Made by a program: the position numbers and the translations under genes
Part shown: in pieces, positions 26,283 to 35,152 of the stretch
Position numbering within the stretch: position 1 is the stretch's first letter
Layout: every line of letters begins with the position of its first letter
Origin: a virus
Lineage: Duplodnaviria > Heunggongvirae > Uroviricota > Caudoviricetes
Length of the DNA: 64,000 bases
Direction: 5' to 3' (one strand)
IMG/VR virus record: IMGVR_UViG_3300044825_003843
Coordinates: 1-64,000 of that record
The notes under the pieces: generated by a model
What the model was told of the DNA's origin: nothing
Seen by the model: the letters and a program-made list of their open reading frames with translations, nothing else
Databases searched by the model: none

Positions 26283-26687
26283 CTATAACAAACCTTCGTT
26301 TCGAAGTTCTTGTCTGATTTTTGTTGCTGATATCTCTTTGATGTCGTCAGGTGGAATGTGTTCTATGATATCATATCCAACACCCCTTCCAAAATTAATT
26401 GATTCGATATCAGGTATAATAATAACTTTTACCCTTTCATCACCTAAAAGTTGCCATAGGTCTCGTTTAATTTTTATTTCCACTTCTTGTGCGGTGAAAG
26501 GATTTTTTTCATCGGGTTTTATGTCCCTGACACAAATCAAAACATTTTTTCCTTCTTCGATACATTGATTTACTAACCATTTGTGACCATCATGAAAAGG
26601 TTGGAATCGTCCCACAATCATGGAGTATTGTTTACCTCCTGTGTTTTTGAGTTTCGGGTCACCTTCTACGTGAATTTTTTTCATCAC
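26283..26687 (-). CDS. nicotinamide-nucleotide adenylyltransferase, archaeal NadM-type (HxGH nucleotidyltransferase)
   Basis: VGRFQPFHDGH, ...KNPFTAQE..., ISATKIRQEL parallel archaeal NMNAT IGRFQPFHKGH / ENPFTAGER / ISGTEIRRRM. Confidence 0.65.
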   Translation of the reverse strand: MMKKIHVEGDPKLKNTGGKQYSMIVGRFQPFHDGHKWLVNQCIEEGKNVLICVRDIKPDEKNPFTAQEVEIKIKRDLWQLLGDERVKVIIIPDIESINFGRGVGYDIIEHIPPDDIKEISATKIRQELRNEGLL

Positions 26688-26690
26688 TTA

Positions 26691-27125
26691 TTACATTATT
26701 CGAGTTAATATATACGACACACATTCTTCAGGTGTGATATCATCCGTACATAAACTTAAATAGTTCTCTGATGGTTCTTCATATTCTTTAACAAAGTAAT
26801 TCTCCCTTCCTCTTATTTGTGTTGTATGAACGTAAACCTCCAAAATATCTTTACCCATCTTATCTTTGAACTTATCTCTTTGGTCTTTGTAAGGAGAAAC
26901 CAATGAGACTACAGGATGAAACCCTTTTCTATGAAGAAACTCTGCAATATGTTGTGCCAGTTCAATATTCTTTCTCCTACCAACTTCACTATAGTCCTTG
27001 TTTTGGAAGATTTCTCTGAGGTCGTCTCCATCTATATTGATGAATGTACCCGTACTATCTGAAACAAGTTCATTAGCGATTGTAGATTTTCCACTACCTG
27101 GTTGTCCTGTTAACCAAATTATCAT
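26691..27125 (-). CDS. APS-kinase-like P-loop kinase
   Basis: IIWLTGQPGSGKSTIA...IDGDDLRE...RRKNIELAQHIAEFLHRKGFHPVVSLVSPYKDQRDKF...ILEVYVHT colinear with CysC (VLWFTGLSGSGKSTVA...LDGDNVR...ENIRRVGEVA...LTAFISP...FIEVFVDT). Confidence 0.7.
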   Translation of the reverse strand: MIIWLTGQPGSGKSTIANELVSDSTGTFINIDGDDLREIFQNKDYSEVGRRKNIELAQHIAEFLHRKGFHPVVSLVSPYKDQRDKFKDKMGKDILEVYVHTTQIRGRENYFVKEYEEPSENYLSLCTDDITPEECVSYILTRIM

Positions 27126-27304
27126 TCCTCGTCCTCCATACTTTCTATAGACATCTGTTTAATGTAGGCTATTGCAATCCAAGCCATACATGATAATTGC
27201 CAAATAAATGGTTCACCTTCGTAAAAATCTATTAGGGAACTTATTCCTGCAGAAATGAATCCCAAAAACATGAATAATTTATCAAAAATTCTATAATTTT
27301 TCAT
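27122..27304 (-). CDS. small membrane protein
   Basis: 60 aa, two hydrophobic helices. Confidence 0.35.
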   Translation of the reverse strand: MKNYRIFDKLFMFLGFISAGISSLIDFYEGEPFIWQLSCMAWIAIAYIKQMSIESMEDEE

Positions 27305-27770
27305 TTTTGAGATTTTGAATTTTTCTGTTTAGATAAAAAACCGCCTTTTCCAAATCCTCGATTTCTTTAGATGGATTTTTCTTACCGGCTCTTGCAACAT
27401 ATTTTACCACATTGAACAGGTAAGCATCTTTGTCTAAATCCCATGCCTCGCATACTTTGATAACTTCATAAGTATTTTTTTCTCCTCCGTAGTGATTAGG
27501 GTGATTTACTGATTCAGAGGATTTTGGTAATAATTGTCTAATATTTGTGACGACATAATTTTCAGTGATGTCATTCATGTGAACTTCGTATTCAACCTCC
27601 ATTCCTTTTCCATCATTATTAAAAAAATCAAAATGTTGATTACAAATCTCTTGTTCTTCACCATGAAGTTCTATTCCCTCAGACCATATTCCGTTGTATA
27701 AAACAGTGTAAACATACCACTTTGGTGGAGTGAGGAGTGTGTTGTTGAATTTTAATAATCCTTCGGGCAT
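27291..27770 (-). CDS. phage protein with DUF3310-like C-terminal domain
   Basis: NHPNHYGGEKNTYEVIKVCEAWDLDKDAYLFNVVKYVARAGKKNPSKEIEDLEKAVFYLNRKI matches DUF3310 (HY...E.I......F...N.IKY..R...K....EDL.KA..YL). Confidence 0.55.
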   Translation of the reverse strand: MPEGLLKFNNTLLTPPKWYVYTVLYNGIWSEGIELHGEEQEICNQHFDFFNNDGKGMEVEYEVHMNDITENYVVTNIRQLLPKSSESVNHPNHYGGEKNTYEVIKVCEAWDLDKDAYLFNVVKYVARAGKKNPSKEIEDLEKAVFYLNRKIQNLKNEKL

Positions 27771-27780
27771 ATTATTTTTT

Positions 27781-28560
27781 TTAAAATGTGTAATAAGGCA
27801 TGTTTTTTTTCTTTATGATAGGACAATAATATTTTTTCCATTCAGGGTACCAATATATTAAACCATCCGTTCTTTGTCTGTCCGTTGAATCTATAAAATC
27901 CAAATCAATCGGCTGAAACTCAACCTCTCCCCACTTAGTTATTATTTCAAAATCCTCGTCCGTCATATGGAGTCCTTTTTCATCATCTCTCGGATTATTG
28001 AAGTATGAAAAGATTCCATTCTCTTTGAGAATACTACGAACTTTCATCAAAAAGTCACCTCCGTCGTCTTCCCAAGTGTCAAAATATATTCCATCAAACA
28101 TGGGTAGATATTTGAAATACCACTGCCAATCACCAAACAATATCTTTACTTTAGGTTTCAAGTGCCAACCATCATCGAACATTTTTTTATACACGTCTTT
28201 GTGTGGTTCTATAATCCAATGTTCAGTGATATTTTGTTCTTGGATGTAACTATCAATGATACCCATCCCAAAACCAACGTTCAAAACTTTCCCACCATTT
28301 CTACAAACTAACTCTGCAGACTTTTTCATTATGGGTCTTTCCCACTCCATCATGACTGCGTTACCATATTCATCTAACAACCTACCATCAGATGAATATG
28401 TTAACTTTTGGTCTTTGTATGGTTTCACATCATTCATTTGGAATTTTACTGTGGTCGAAAAAGAAACTATCCAAACTTTTTTTGTAATACTCTTGAGAAG
28501 TCGTGTCTTCAACTGAAGGAGTAGGTAATTCTTTCTCTCCTTTGTTAGTAAGTCCAACAA
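27781..28560 (-). CDS. guanidinoacetate N-methyltransferase-like (GAMT/RMT2 family) SAM-dependent methyltransferase
   Basis: MEWERPIMKKSAELVCRNGGKVLNVGFGMGIIDSYIQEQNITEHWIIEPHKDVYKKM...FDGIYFDTW colinear with GAMT (MERWETPYMHALA...[39 protein letters not shown]...FDGILYDTY). Confidence 0.75.
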   Translation of the reverse strand: MLDLLTKERKNYLLLQLKTRLLKSITKKVWIVSFSTTVKFQMNDVKPYKDQKLTYSSDGRLLDEYGNAVMMEWERPIMKKSAELVCRNGGKVLNVGFGMGIIDSYIQEQNITEHWIIEPHKDVYKKMFDDGWHLKPKVKILFGDWQWYFKYLPMFDGIYFDTWEDDGGDFLMKVRSILKENGIFSYFNNPRDDEKGLHMTDEDFEIITKWGEVEFQPIDLDFIDSTDRQRTDGLIYWYPEWKKYYCPIIKKKNMPYYTF

Positions 28561-28735
28561 TTGTTAAGCCAATTATAAGAGAAAATAACATTGCAAAAAA
28601 GAACTCTTTATTTTTCATTCTTACCCCATTTTTTCTCCATATATTCGATATACTTGTGACCCTTATTGCCGTTATACAACATCCAAACGAAATAATAGTC
28701 TACGAACCATTCAACTTTTCTAATAAAACTTTTCA

Positions 28736-28990
28736 TTAGTCTTTGTTTTTATGTTTTTCAGACCTTTGCCCTTTTTTATAAGGTTTTTTCTCAACTTGCT
28801 CGTTTTCAACTTGGTCCTGACTTGGTTCCAACTTGGTTCCAACTTGGTTCCTTGTGGACTTTTTCCATTCTGTTTTTGGAATATACTTCCAAGAAAGTCC
28901 TACCATGTTAAATGCCGTTTTGTCATCAACACGTCTGATTTCACCTGACTTGAACTCTTTACCATCCTTAATTGCCATGATTGTCTTCAT
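28736..28990 (-). CDS. hypothetical basic protein
   Basis: 84-aa K-rich ORF. Confidence 0.3.
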   Translation of the reverse strand: MKTIMAIKDGKEFKSGEIRRVDDKTAFNMVGLSWKYIPKTEWKKSTRNQVGTKLEPSQDQVENEQVEKKPYKKGQRSEKHKNKD

Positions 28991-29171
28991 ATATTCTATT
29001 TTTGATTTCTTCCGTAGTTATACCGCTTTTGAATAATTCAAAAACTTTGGAGCTGACATCGTCCATAAAAATAAGTGATTCGGATGAATAAAGCACAGAA
29101 AGTTCATCTGAATTCAGATAAGATTTGGTTACTTGTTCAGTAATAATTCGTCTGTGAAAGCCCATAAACAA
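28968..29171 (-). CDS. hypothetical protein
   Basis: 67-aa ORF. Confidence 0.3.
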   Translation of the reverse strand: MFMGFHRRIITEQVTKSYLNSDELSVLYSSESLIFMDDVSSKVFELFKSGITTEEIKNRIYEDNHGN

Positions 29172-29182
29172 AATTAATGAAT

Positions 29183-29959
29183 CTATTTGACAGAATCAAT
29201 AACTTGGGTCTTTTTGAAATTAACAATTTGGAAAACGTAAGCCATAATTTTTCTTCTCATCATTGGGATGAAGGCTTCTTGCATTGGATATTTCTGTGAA
29301 CATTTAATTTCGAATACAGGAAATTTTTTGTGTTCTTCTGTCTCTTTCCATGTTGTATTGGAATAAAGAACATCATTCATGGTTTTGTCCTCTGTTGGTC
29401 CTTCGTATATTTTGGTTAGATATGTTTTGGAGATTTGCTGTTTTCCTGCGTTTTTGATTGTATACTCCCAAACATGTAGAGTTTCGTCCTCTTTGGAATA
29501 ATAAAATGAATATCCTTTTGTCGACTCAATATTTTCTTTGTTCTTTTTGATACTGAGGTTCATACTATCGTGAACAACGTTCCATATTGATTTTCCAATA
29601 TTAAAAACATCGAACACTTTAGTTGTTGAATACTTAATAGTCTTATCTATTTCTGCCTGTTCTTCTTCATTAAGTTTTGGTGGAACTTTTGGGTATAATT
29701 CTTTAAGTAATATTTCATCGTCAGGGTCTTCGAACTTTTTCTCAGTCAATAATAATGTATTTTCTTTCAGTAAAGATTGTAAATTAGCAAAGTGCAATGA
29801 TAACTCAACAAAGTCTGGATAGATTTCAAATTTCTCGAATCTATTTTCACATTTCTGCAAATAACCCAATAGTGTGTATTTGTTATATTCAAAATCTATG
29901 GGTTCCTTGAACATCCATTCAGGATTAAGTCTGAATGCCATTTTCTTTTTTCTTGCCAT
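29183..29959 (-). CDS. hypothetical protein
   Basis: 258-aa ORF. Confidence 0.45.
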   Translation of the reverse strand: MARKKKMAFRLNPEWMFKEPIDFEYNKYTLLGYLQKCENRFEKFEIYPDFVELSLHFANLQSLLKENTLLLTEKKFEDPDDEILLKELYPKVPPKLNEEEQAEIDKTIKYSTTKVFDVFNIGKSIWNVVHDSMNLSIKKNKENIESTKGYSFYYSKEDETLHVWEYTIKNAGKQQISKTYLTKIYEGPTEDKTMNDVLYSNTTWKETEEHKKFPVFEIKCSQKYPMQEAFIPMMRRKIMAYVFQIVNFKKTQVIDSVK

Positions 29960-29977
29960 ATTGAAATATAAAAAACT

Positions 29978-31729
29978 TTAATCAAGTCTGAATACATAAA
30001 TCCATTTGTCATTGATGTTATATTCTTCGTAGTTCCCGTCATACGGACAAAGAACCCCCCAACCATCCTCGTCAACCACCGCGTCTACAAACGATTGTCT
30101 GTCTATAAACTCTGTAATTTCCATTCCATGTTCCCTTATATAATACAATGGACTACTTCTCACGTCTTCAATCATTTCTTCAACCTTCTCATCAATTAAT
30201 TCTTGTGGAAAATCACCTTCAGGGTCTGATTCTATTTCCTCTATTTCCGATTCAAGTTCTTCAATATTAGATTCGAATTCTTCAATTTTCGAAGTAATTT
30301 CATCTTCTTCCTCATCATCTAAACGAGCCTCCAACGTTTGGATTACTGTTCTATAATATTGAATTTGTTTTTTCAGGTGAGATATTTGGTCATTCTGTCC
30401 ATCTGATAACATTCTACTTTCATCATCAAAATACGCATCAGGACTATTGTTAATATCATCCTCCCAAAAATCTCTGAAGTGGTCTGCAACCATATCTGCG
30501 TCGACGTGGTCTTCAACAAATGAAGCTCTAAAACCTTCATAACCAACATCATCCACTAGTTGATTCACATAATCTACCACTGCATCTGCCATTTCTTGTT
30601 GTGTACCAGCTGCATACGTATGCCCGTCTGTAATCAACTCAAATTGCGATAACCCATAATAGTCATAGGTCAATGGAATAATCGAATATAAATCAATATA
30701 TTCCGAATACCCTTCGAGTTCATCCTCCAATTCAGAAATACTATCTAATAAGTCAGTTCTAACATCTTCACTCTGATTGTATTCGTTATTTAATCTTTCG
30801 ATTTCTGATTTCAACGAAGCAATATATTCTCTATCTTCATTGGTTATTATGTTATGGTTGTTTGTATCATCTATAAACCTTAAAACTCCATTTGCCTTTA
30901 GACATTCTTCATCACAATTACCACTATTCAAATCCCATTCGTTATCCAACCTTCTTTCTTCAGCTTGTGCCTCTTTTGCCATTTGTTCTCTTCTCCTCCT
31001 CAACGCTTCAATTCTTTCTTTTTCCTTCTTTACCCTTTCCTTGTCAGCAAAAATAGCCAATTGTTCAGAGAATTCAGAGTTCATGTAATCTAGAATCTCC
31101 TTGATAAGTTTACTAACAATTTCTTCACCAAATATTTCTTTAGGTTTATGAAGAACTTCATCTTTAGCATCATAGAATATTTCTTCCCCATCAAATTTTT
31201 TCAATAAGGCTATTTTATACATTGGGTCATTTGCCGCCTTGGTTTTGTCTAAAATATAAAAAAGTTTGCCGTCATCGTTGTATTTTACAAACTGATTATT
31301 AGTCTCAGCTGCCGTACACCATTTGGTTCCCTTACCATAATAACAAGAAGCGGTAGGTGTCAATGGGTTTACGACAAAAAATCTATCATCTTCATAAACA
31401 ACATTACCACCCTCCACTTGTTTGTATGACCTTCTTGGTCTTTCTACATAAGCTTTGATAGCAGTTGCTAATTCATCAATACTCTTATATTGTGAGATAT
31501 CTGTTTTTGGTAGATTGGTTGAATATTTTTTGAACAAATCTATGTTTTGTTTGACTTTCATTAAGTTTTGGTCAAAGTTCATAGTTTCTAACACCTGACC
31601 AACCCAATTCAGAAATTTTGGTTCAATCAAATCAACAATCCTTTGGACATTTTCTTGACCAAACTTTCTTGTGAATTGTTGTTTGAAATTATCTTCCCTA
31701 CTTTCTTTTAAAATATCCAAAAATTTCAT
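29978..31729 (-). CDS. hypothetical large protein with acidic coiled-coil region; shares a Cys/Trp-containing domain (KGTKWCTAAE) with 43115..44512
   Basis: 583-aa ORF; segment ASCYYGKGTKWCTAAETNNQFVKYNDDGKLFYIL aligns with AACFYGG...GETRWCTSAPGLSWFDRYIKDGPLYVVI. Confidence 0.5.
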   Translation of the reverse strand: MKFLDILKESREDNFKQQFTRKFGQENVQRIVDLIEPKFLNWVGQVLETMNFDQNLMKVKQNIDLFKKYSTNLPKTDISQYKSIDELATAIKAYVERPRRSYKQVEGGNVVYEDDRFFVVNPLTPTASCYYGKGTKWCTAAETNNQFVKYNDDGKLFYILDKTKAANDPMYKIALLKKFDGEEIFYDAKDEVLHKPKEIFGEEIVSKLIKEILDYMNSEFSEQLAIFADKERVKKEKERIEALRRRREQMAKEAQAEERRLDNEWDLNSGNCDEECLKANGVLRFIDDTNNHNIITNEDREYIASLKSEIERLNNEYNQSEDVRTDLLDSISELEDELEGYSEYIDLYSIIPLTYDYYGLSQFELITDGHTYAAGTQQEMADAVVDYVNQLVDDVGYEGFRASFVEDHVDADMVADHFRDFWEDDINNSPDAYFDDESRMLSDGQNDQISHLKKQIQYYRTVIQTLEARLDDEEEDEITSKIEEFESNIEELESEIEEIESDPEGDFPQELIDEKVEEMIEDVRSSPLYYIREHGMEITEFIDRQSFVDAVVDEDGWGVLCPYDGNYEEYNINDKWIYVFRLD

Positions 31730-31800
31730 CCTTTTTTATTTGATAAATATTAGGCACAATTTATATTTATTGGTATAATAAACATTTAAAAATAAATGCT

Positions 31801-31968
31801 ATGGGTTGCGGATGTAAAGGTAAACAACAACCAGCTCCAGCTCCTTCTACTCAAACTACCCAAACTACTTCGGGTCAAACTACTAAAACTGTCGTAAATG
31901 AGAGTGTTAAACAAGCTATCAAGAAGACAGTAGAAAAGTATTATTACGTTAACAAATCTTCACAGTAG
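31801..31968 (+). CDS. small S/T/Q-rich protein (55 aa) starting MGCGCKG
   Basis: below 60-aa track cutoff; own AT-rich upstream region and strong downstream terminator. Confidence 0.3.
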   Translation: MGCGCKGKQQPAPAPSTQTTQTTSGQTTKTVVNESVKQAIKKTVEKYYYVNKSSQ

Positions 31969-31993
31969 AAAGGGGAGGAACAATTAGTTAGAA

Positions 31994-32020
31994 GGGGCGT
32001 TAAAAAACGTCCCTTTTTTT
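31994..32020 (+). terminator. rho-independent terminator
   Basis: ggggcgtt-aaaa-aacgtccc stem followed by ttttttt. Confidence 0.6.
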
Positions 32021-32033
32021 GTATTTATAACAT

Positions 32034-33068
32034 ATGTCAACTTGGAAAGATTATATTGAAGAATTCAACTCAGGAGATACAGACTTTTTAGGAAACTTTG
32101 GAGATGATATTGGTCTGTTCGTAGATTTAATAACTCAGAAAGGATTACTTAAATACTTGAACGTTAATGCAAGTATGGAACCTGAAGTTGAGAATAAAGT
32201 TGTGTTGGCCTTTTATGAACATCACATGCCAAGTTATATAGAATTTTTACAAGAGAATTTGAGTGATGTAGAATTTGAAAATGGAGTGTTTTATTTTGTC
32301 GGTGACCCTTCAGATTTATCTACTCTTTTTGATGAAGGTAGAAATACCTTGCAGAAAAAAACTGTAGAAAAAATTTTGAGTGGTGAAGGTTTAGACTTTG
32401 AATTTTTTGACTACACAACAGACAACGTTTATTCCGACGTTGTTGAAGAATTGAATATTGTAAATTTGCAATCCTTATATGAAGCCGTTCTTTACTTTTC
32501 CAAAGACGTTCAAATAGAACCAAGTACAGAACTTTTAGAATTGATTGCTGAAGAACAAGGTCACCCTGATTTTGTAATCATAGACAAAAACAATGTTGAA
32601 AGAATTGTCGATGACAGAGAAACTTTCGAATCACTTCTTAATGATGAATTATCTGATTTGAAGGGTAATCTCATAAACCTTCATCATTGGGCTTACAATT
32701 CAGCATATGAAGAAGAAGTTTACGAGGAAGTTTGGAATCAGCTTGATAAGTTTTTTGTCACTGACCAAAAGAAATGGGTTTCAGTACCAATGTATACAGG
32801 ACCTGCTGGTTCACAAAAGATTGCAAGTACTATAGAAAGAATGAAATTACCAATAAGAAATTTACCCGAAATAATAAATGATTATCTAAGATGGAATGTG
32901 GAAGCTACATATCCAGAATCAGTTAGGTATTATGGTAACTACTCAGCAATATTGACATGGGTTCTCGACGAAAACCGTGATTATTCAAAGGTATATCCCC
33001 CTGATTTTCCTGATAGTTCTAAAGTTGATAAAAACATCAACGAAATGTTCAACGATTATATATACTAA
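32034..33068 (+). CDS. hypothetical acidic protein
   Basis: 344-aa ORF, only long plus-strand gene near the fibre module. Confidence 0.5.
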   Translation: MSTWKDYIEEFNSGDTDFLGNFGDDIGLFVDLITQKGLLKYLNVNASMEPEVENKVVLAFYEHHMPSYIEFLQENLSDVEFENGVFYFVGDPSDLSTLFDEGRNTLQKKTVEKILSGEGLDFEFFDYTTDNVYSDVVEELNIVNLQSLYEAVLYFSKDVQIEPSTELLELIAEEQGHPDFVIIDKNNVERIVDDRETFESLLNDELSDLKGNLINLHHWAYNSAYEEEVYEEVWNQLDKFFVTDQKKWVSVPMYTGPAGSQKIASTIERMKLPIRNLPEIINDYLRWNVEATYPESVRYYGNYSAILTWVLDENRDYSKVYPPDFPDSSKVDKNINEMFNDYIY

Positions 33069-35152
33069 CCATTAAGTTTGTCTTCTATCTTTTTTAACTT
33101 ATCCTCTACCTGAGTCAATAATCTATATTGTTCTTTAATTGCTTGAGTGCAAATTGCAACAATCTCAGAGTATTTTACTTTATATCCATTTTTTTCGTCA
33201 CCATATACAACCTGTGGTAAAACCTCTTGAAGTTCTTGTGCAATGAAACCTATATCATCATCGTCTTTCTTGTGAATATGATATTTTTCTGGGTTCTTCC
33301 ACTTAAATCTAACACCCCTCAATTTTTGGATTATACTAACAGCATCCTCTATTACTTTGATATTTTTCTTCATCCTTGAATCAGACGGTGGTCCGATTGC
33401 ACCTGTTCTACCTGTCTGTCCAATATTACCTTGAGCACCTTGAGCTCCTTGTGGACCAGGTCCTCCACTTTGTCCTTGAGCTCCTTGGGCACCTGTTGCT
33501 CCTTGTGCACCTTGAGGACCCGCGGGATTACCCGCAAGGTTATTACCTTGGTCACCAAAATTTCCTTGAGCACCCTGAGTACCTGGTGGGCCAGGAGTTG
33601 GTTGACCTTGAGCACCTTGAAATCCTTGACCACCAACAGGTCCTTGAGCACCTTGAGCACCGGGGGGACCTGTATTCCCTTGTGGTCCAGGTGCTCCTAT
33701 AGGACCTGGTGCACCTGGCGGACTAAGTCCTGGTGCTCCTTGAGCCCCTTGAGCACCTTTCGAACCCTGACTTCCTGCGACTCCAGGAGTTCCTTGTGCA
33801 CCTTGTGGTCCTTGTGGTCCGAGAGCTCCAGGATTACCTGTAGGTCCTTGAGCACCTTGTGCTCCTTGCCCTCCTTGAGCTCCTTGAGGTCCCTGAGCTC
33901 CTTGAGCTCCCTGAGCACCCTGAGCACCCTGAGGTCCTAAAGCACCTTGTGCACCTTGACCACCCCGTGGGCCTTGAGGACCCGCAGTCAAAGATTGAGC
34001 TCCTTGAGCACCTTGACCTCCTTGAGCACCAACAGCTCCTTGTGCTCCCTGCGCTCCCTGAGCTCCCTGTCCTCCTTGAGCACCTTGAGCGCCTTGACCT
34101 CCTTGAGCACCTTGACCTCCTTGAGCACCTTGGCCTCCTTGAGCACCTTGACCTCCTTGAGGACCAACAGCTCCCTGCGCTCCTTGTATTCCTTGAGCAC
34201 CTTGACCACCTTGAGCTCCTTGAGCACCTTGACCTCCTTGAGCACCTTGTATTCCTTGAGCACCTTGACCTCCTTGAGCGCCTTGAGCACCTTGACCTCC
34301 TTGAGCACCTTGAGCACCTTGACCTCCCTGAGCACCTTGAGCACCCTGTCCTCCTTGAGCACCCTGTCCTCCTTGAGCACCCTGTCCTCCCTGTGCTCCA
34401 ATGTTTGCCCCTGGGGCACCTGTATTTCCTTGAGCACCTTGAGCTCCTTGAGCACCTTGAGCTCCTGTTGCTCCTTGAGCACCTTGAGCACCCTGTCCTC
34501 CTTGAGCACCCTGTCCTCCTTGGGCACCTTGTCCTCCTTGGGCACCAACGTTACCCACAGCACCCTGAGCACCTTGACCTCCCTGAGCACCTTGAGCACC
34601 CTGTCCTCCTTGAGCACCCTGTCCTCCTTGAGCACCCTGTCCTCCTTGAGCACCCTGTCCTCCTTGAGCACCTTGAGCTCCTGTTGCTCCTTGAGCACCT
34701 TGTCCTCCTTGAGCACCTTGTCCTCCTTGAGCACCAACGTTACCCGCAACACCCTGAGCACCTTGACCTCCCTGAGCACCTTGAGCACCTTGTGCACCTT
34801 GAGCACCTTGACCTCCCTGAGCACCTTGAGCACCTTGTGCTCCTTGGGGCCCTTGTGTACCTGAAGAACCTTTTGCACCTTGAGCTCCTTGGGGTCCTTG
34901 TGGTTGTCTGTTACCCTGCCATGCCGTCGTATTAATCAAAGTTCCAGCATCATTAATAAGAGTATTGGTTAATCGTAAATCTGCATTTGTAACTCTGAAA
35001 TTAGGATAAGTATTATCCAAGGACAGATAAGTAGTAACCCCTCTTCTAAATTGTAAACTAGCTGAGGTTACAACCAAATCAGTTTGGGTCGTTGCAGAGT
35101 CATAAAAGGAAATCGTCCCCGTACCAGGCGTTATCTTAATATCTTCAGGCAA
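33065..35152 (-). CDS. collagen-like triple-helix repeat tail fibre protein with C-terminal intramolecular chaperone (peptidase S74-like) domain
   Basis: about 480 aa of G-X-Y repeats ([10 protein letters not shown]...) and C-terminal [32 protein letters not shown] (SDxRxK self-cleavage motif). Confidence 0.85.
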   Translation of the reverse strand: MPEDIKITPGTGTISFYDSATTQTDLVVTSASLQFRRGVTTYLSLDNTYPNFRVTNADLRLTNTLINDAGTLINTTAWQGNRQPQGPQGAQGAKGSSGTQGPQGAQGAQGAQGGQGAQGAQGAQGAQGGQGAQGVAGNVGAQGGQGAQGGQGAQGATGAQGAQGGQGAQGGQGAQGGQGAQGGQGAQGAQGGQGAQGAVGNVGAQGGQGAQGGQGAQGGQGAQGAQGATGAQGAQGAQGAQGNTGAPGANIGAQGGQGAQGGQGAQGGQGAQGAQGGQGAQGAQGGQGAQGAQGGQGAQGIQGAQGGQGAQGAQGGQGAQGIQGAQGAVGPQGGQGAQGGQGAQGGQGAQGGQGAQGAQGGQGAQGAQGAQGAVGAQGGQGAQGAQSLTAGPQGPRGGQGAQGALGPQGAQGAQGAQGAQGPQGAQGGQGAQGAQGPTGNPGALGPQGPQGAQGTPGVAGSQGSKGAQGAQGAPGLSPPGAPGPIGAPGPQGNTGPPGAQGAQGPVGGQGFQGAQGQPTPGPPGTQGAQGNFGDQGNNLAGNPAGPQGAQGATGAQGAQGQSGGPGPQGAQGAQGNIGQTGRTGAIGPPSDSRMKKNIKVIEDAVSIIQKLRGVRFKWKNPEKYHIHKKDDDDIGFIAQELQEVLPQVVYGDEKNGYKVKYSEIVAICTQAIKEQYRLLTQVEDKLKKIEDKLNG

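Noticed and set aside
26691-27125. Interpreting the P-loop kinase as a sulfate-assimilation CysC or as NadR-type ribosylnicotinamide kinase
   Set aside because: No ATP sulfurylase or other sulfur genes are nearby. NadR RNK-domain motifs did not fit as well as the CysC colinearity. The fold is APS-kinase-like but the substrate is left open.
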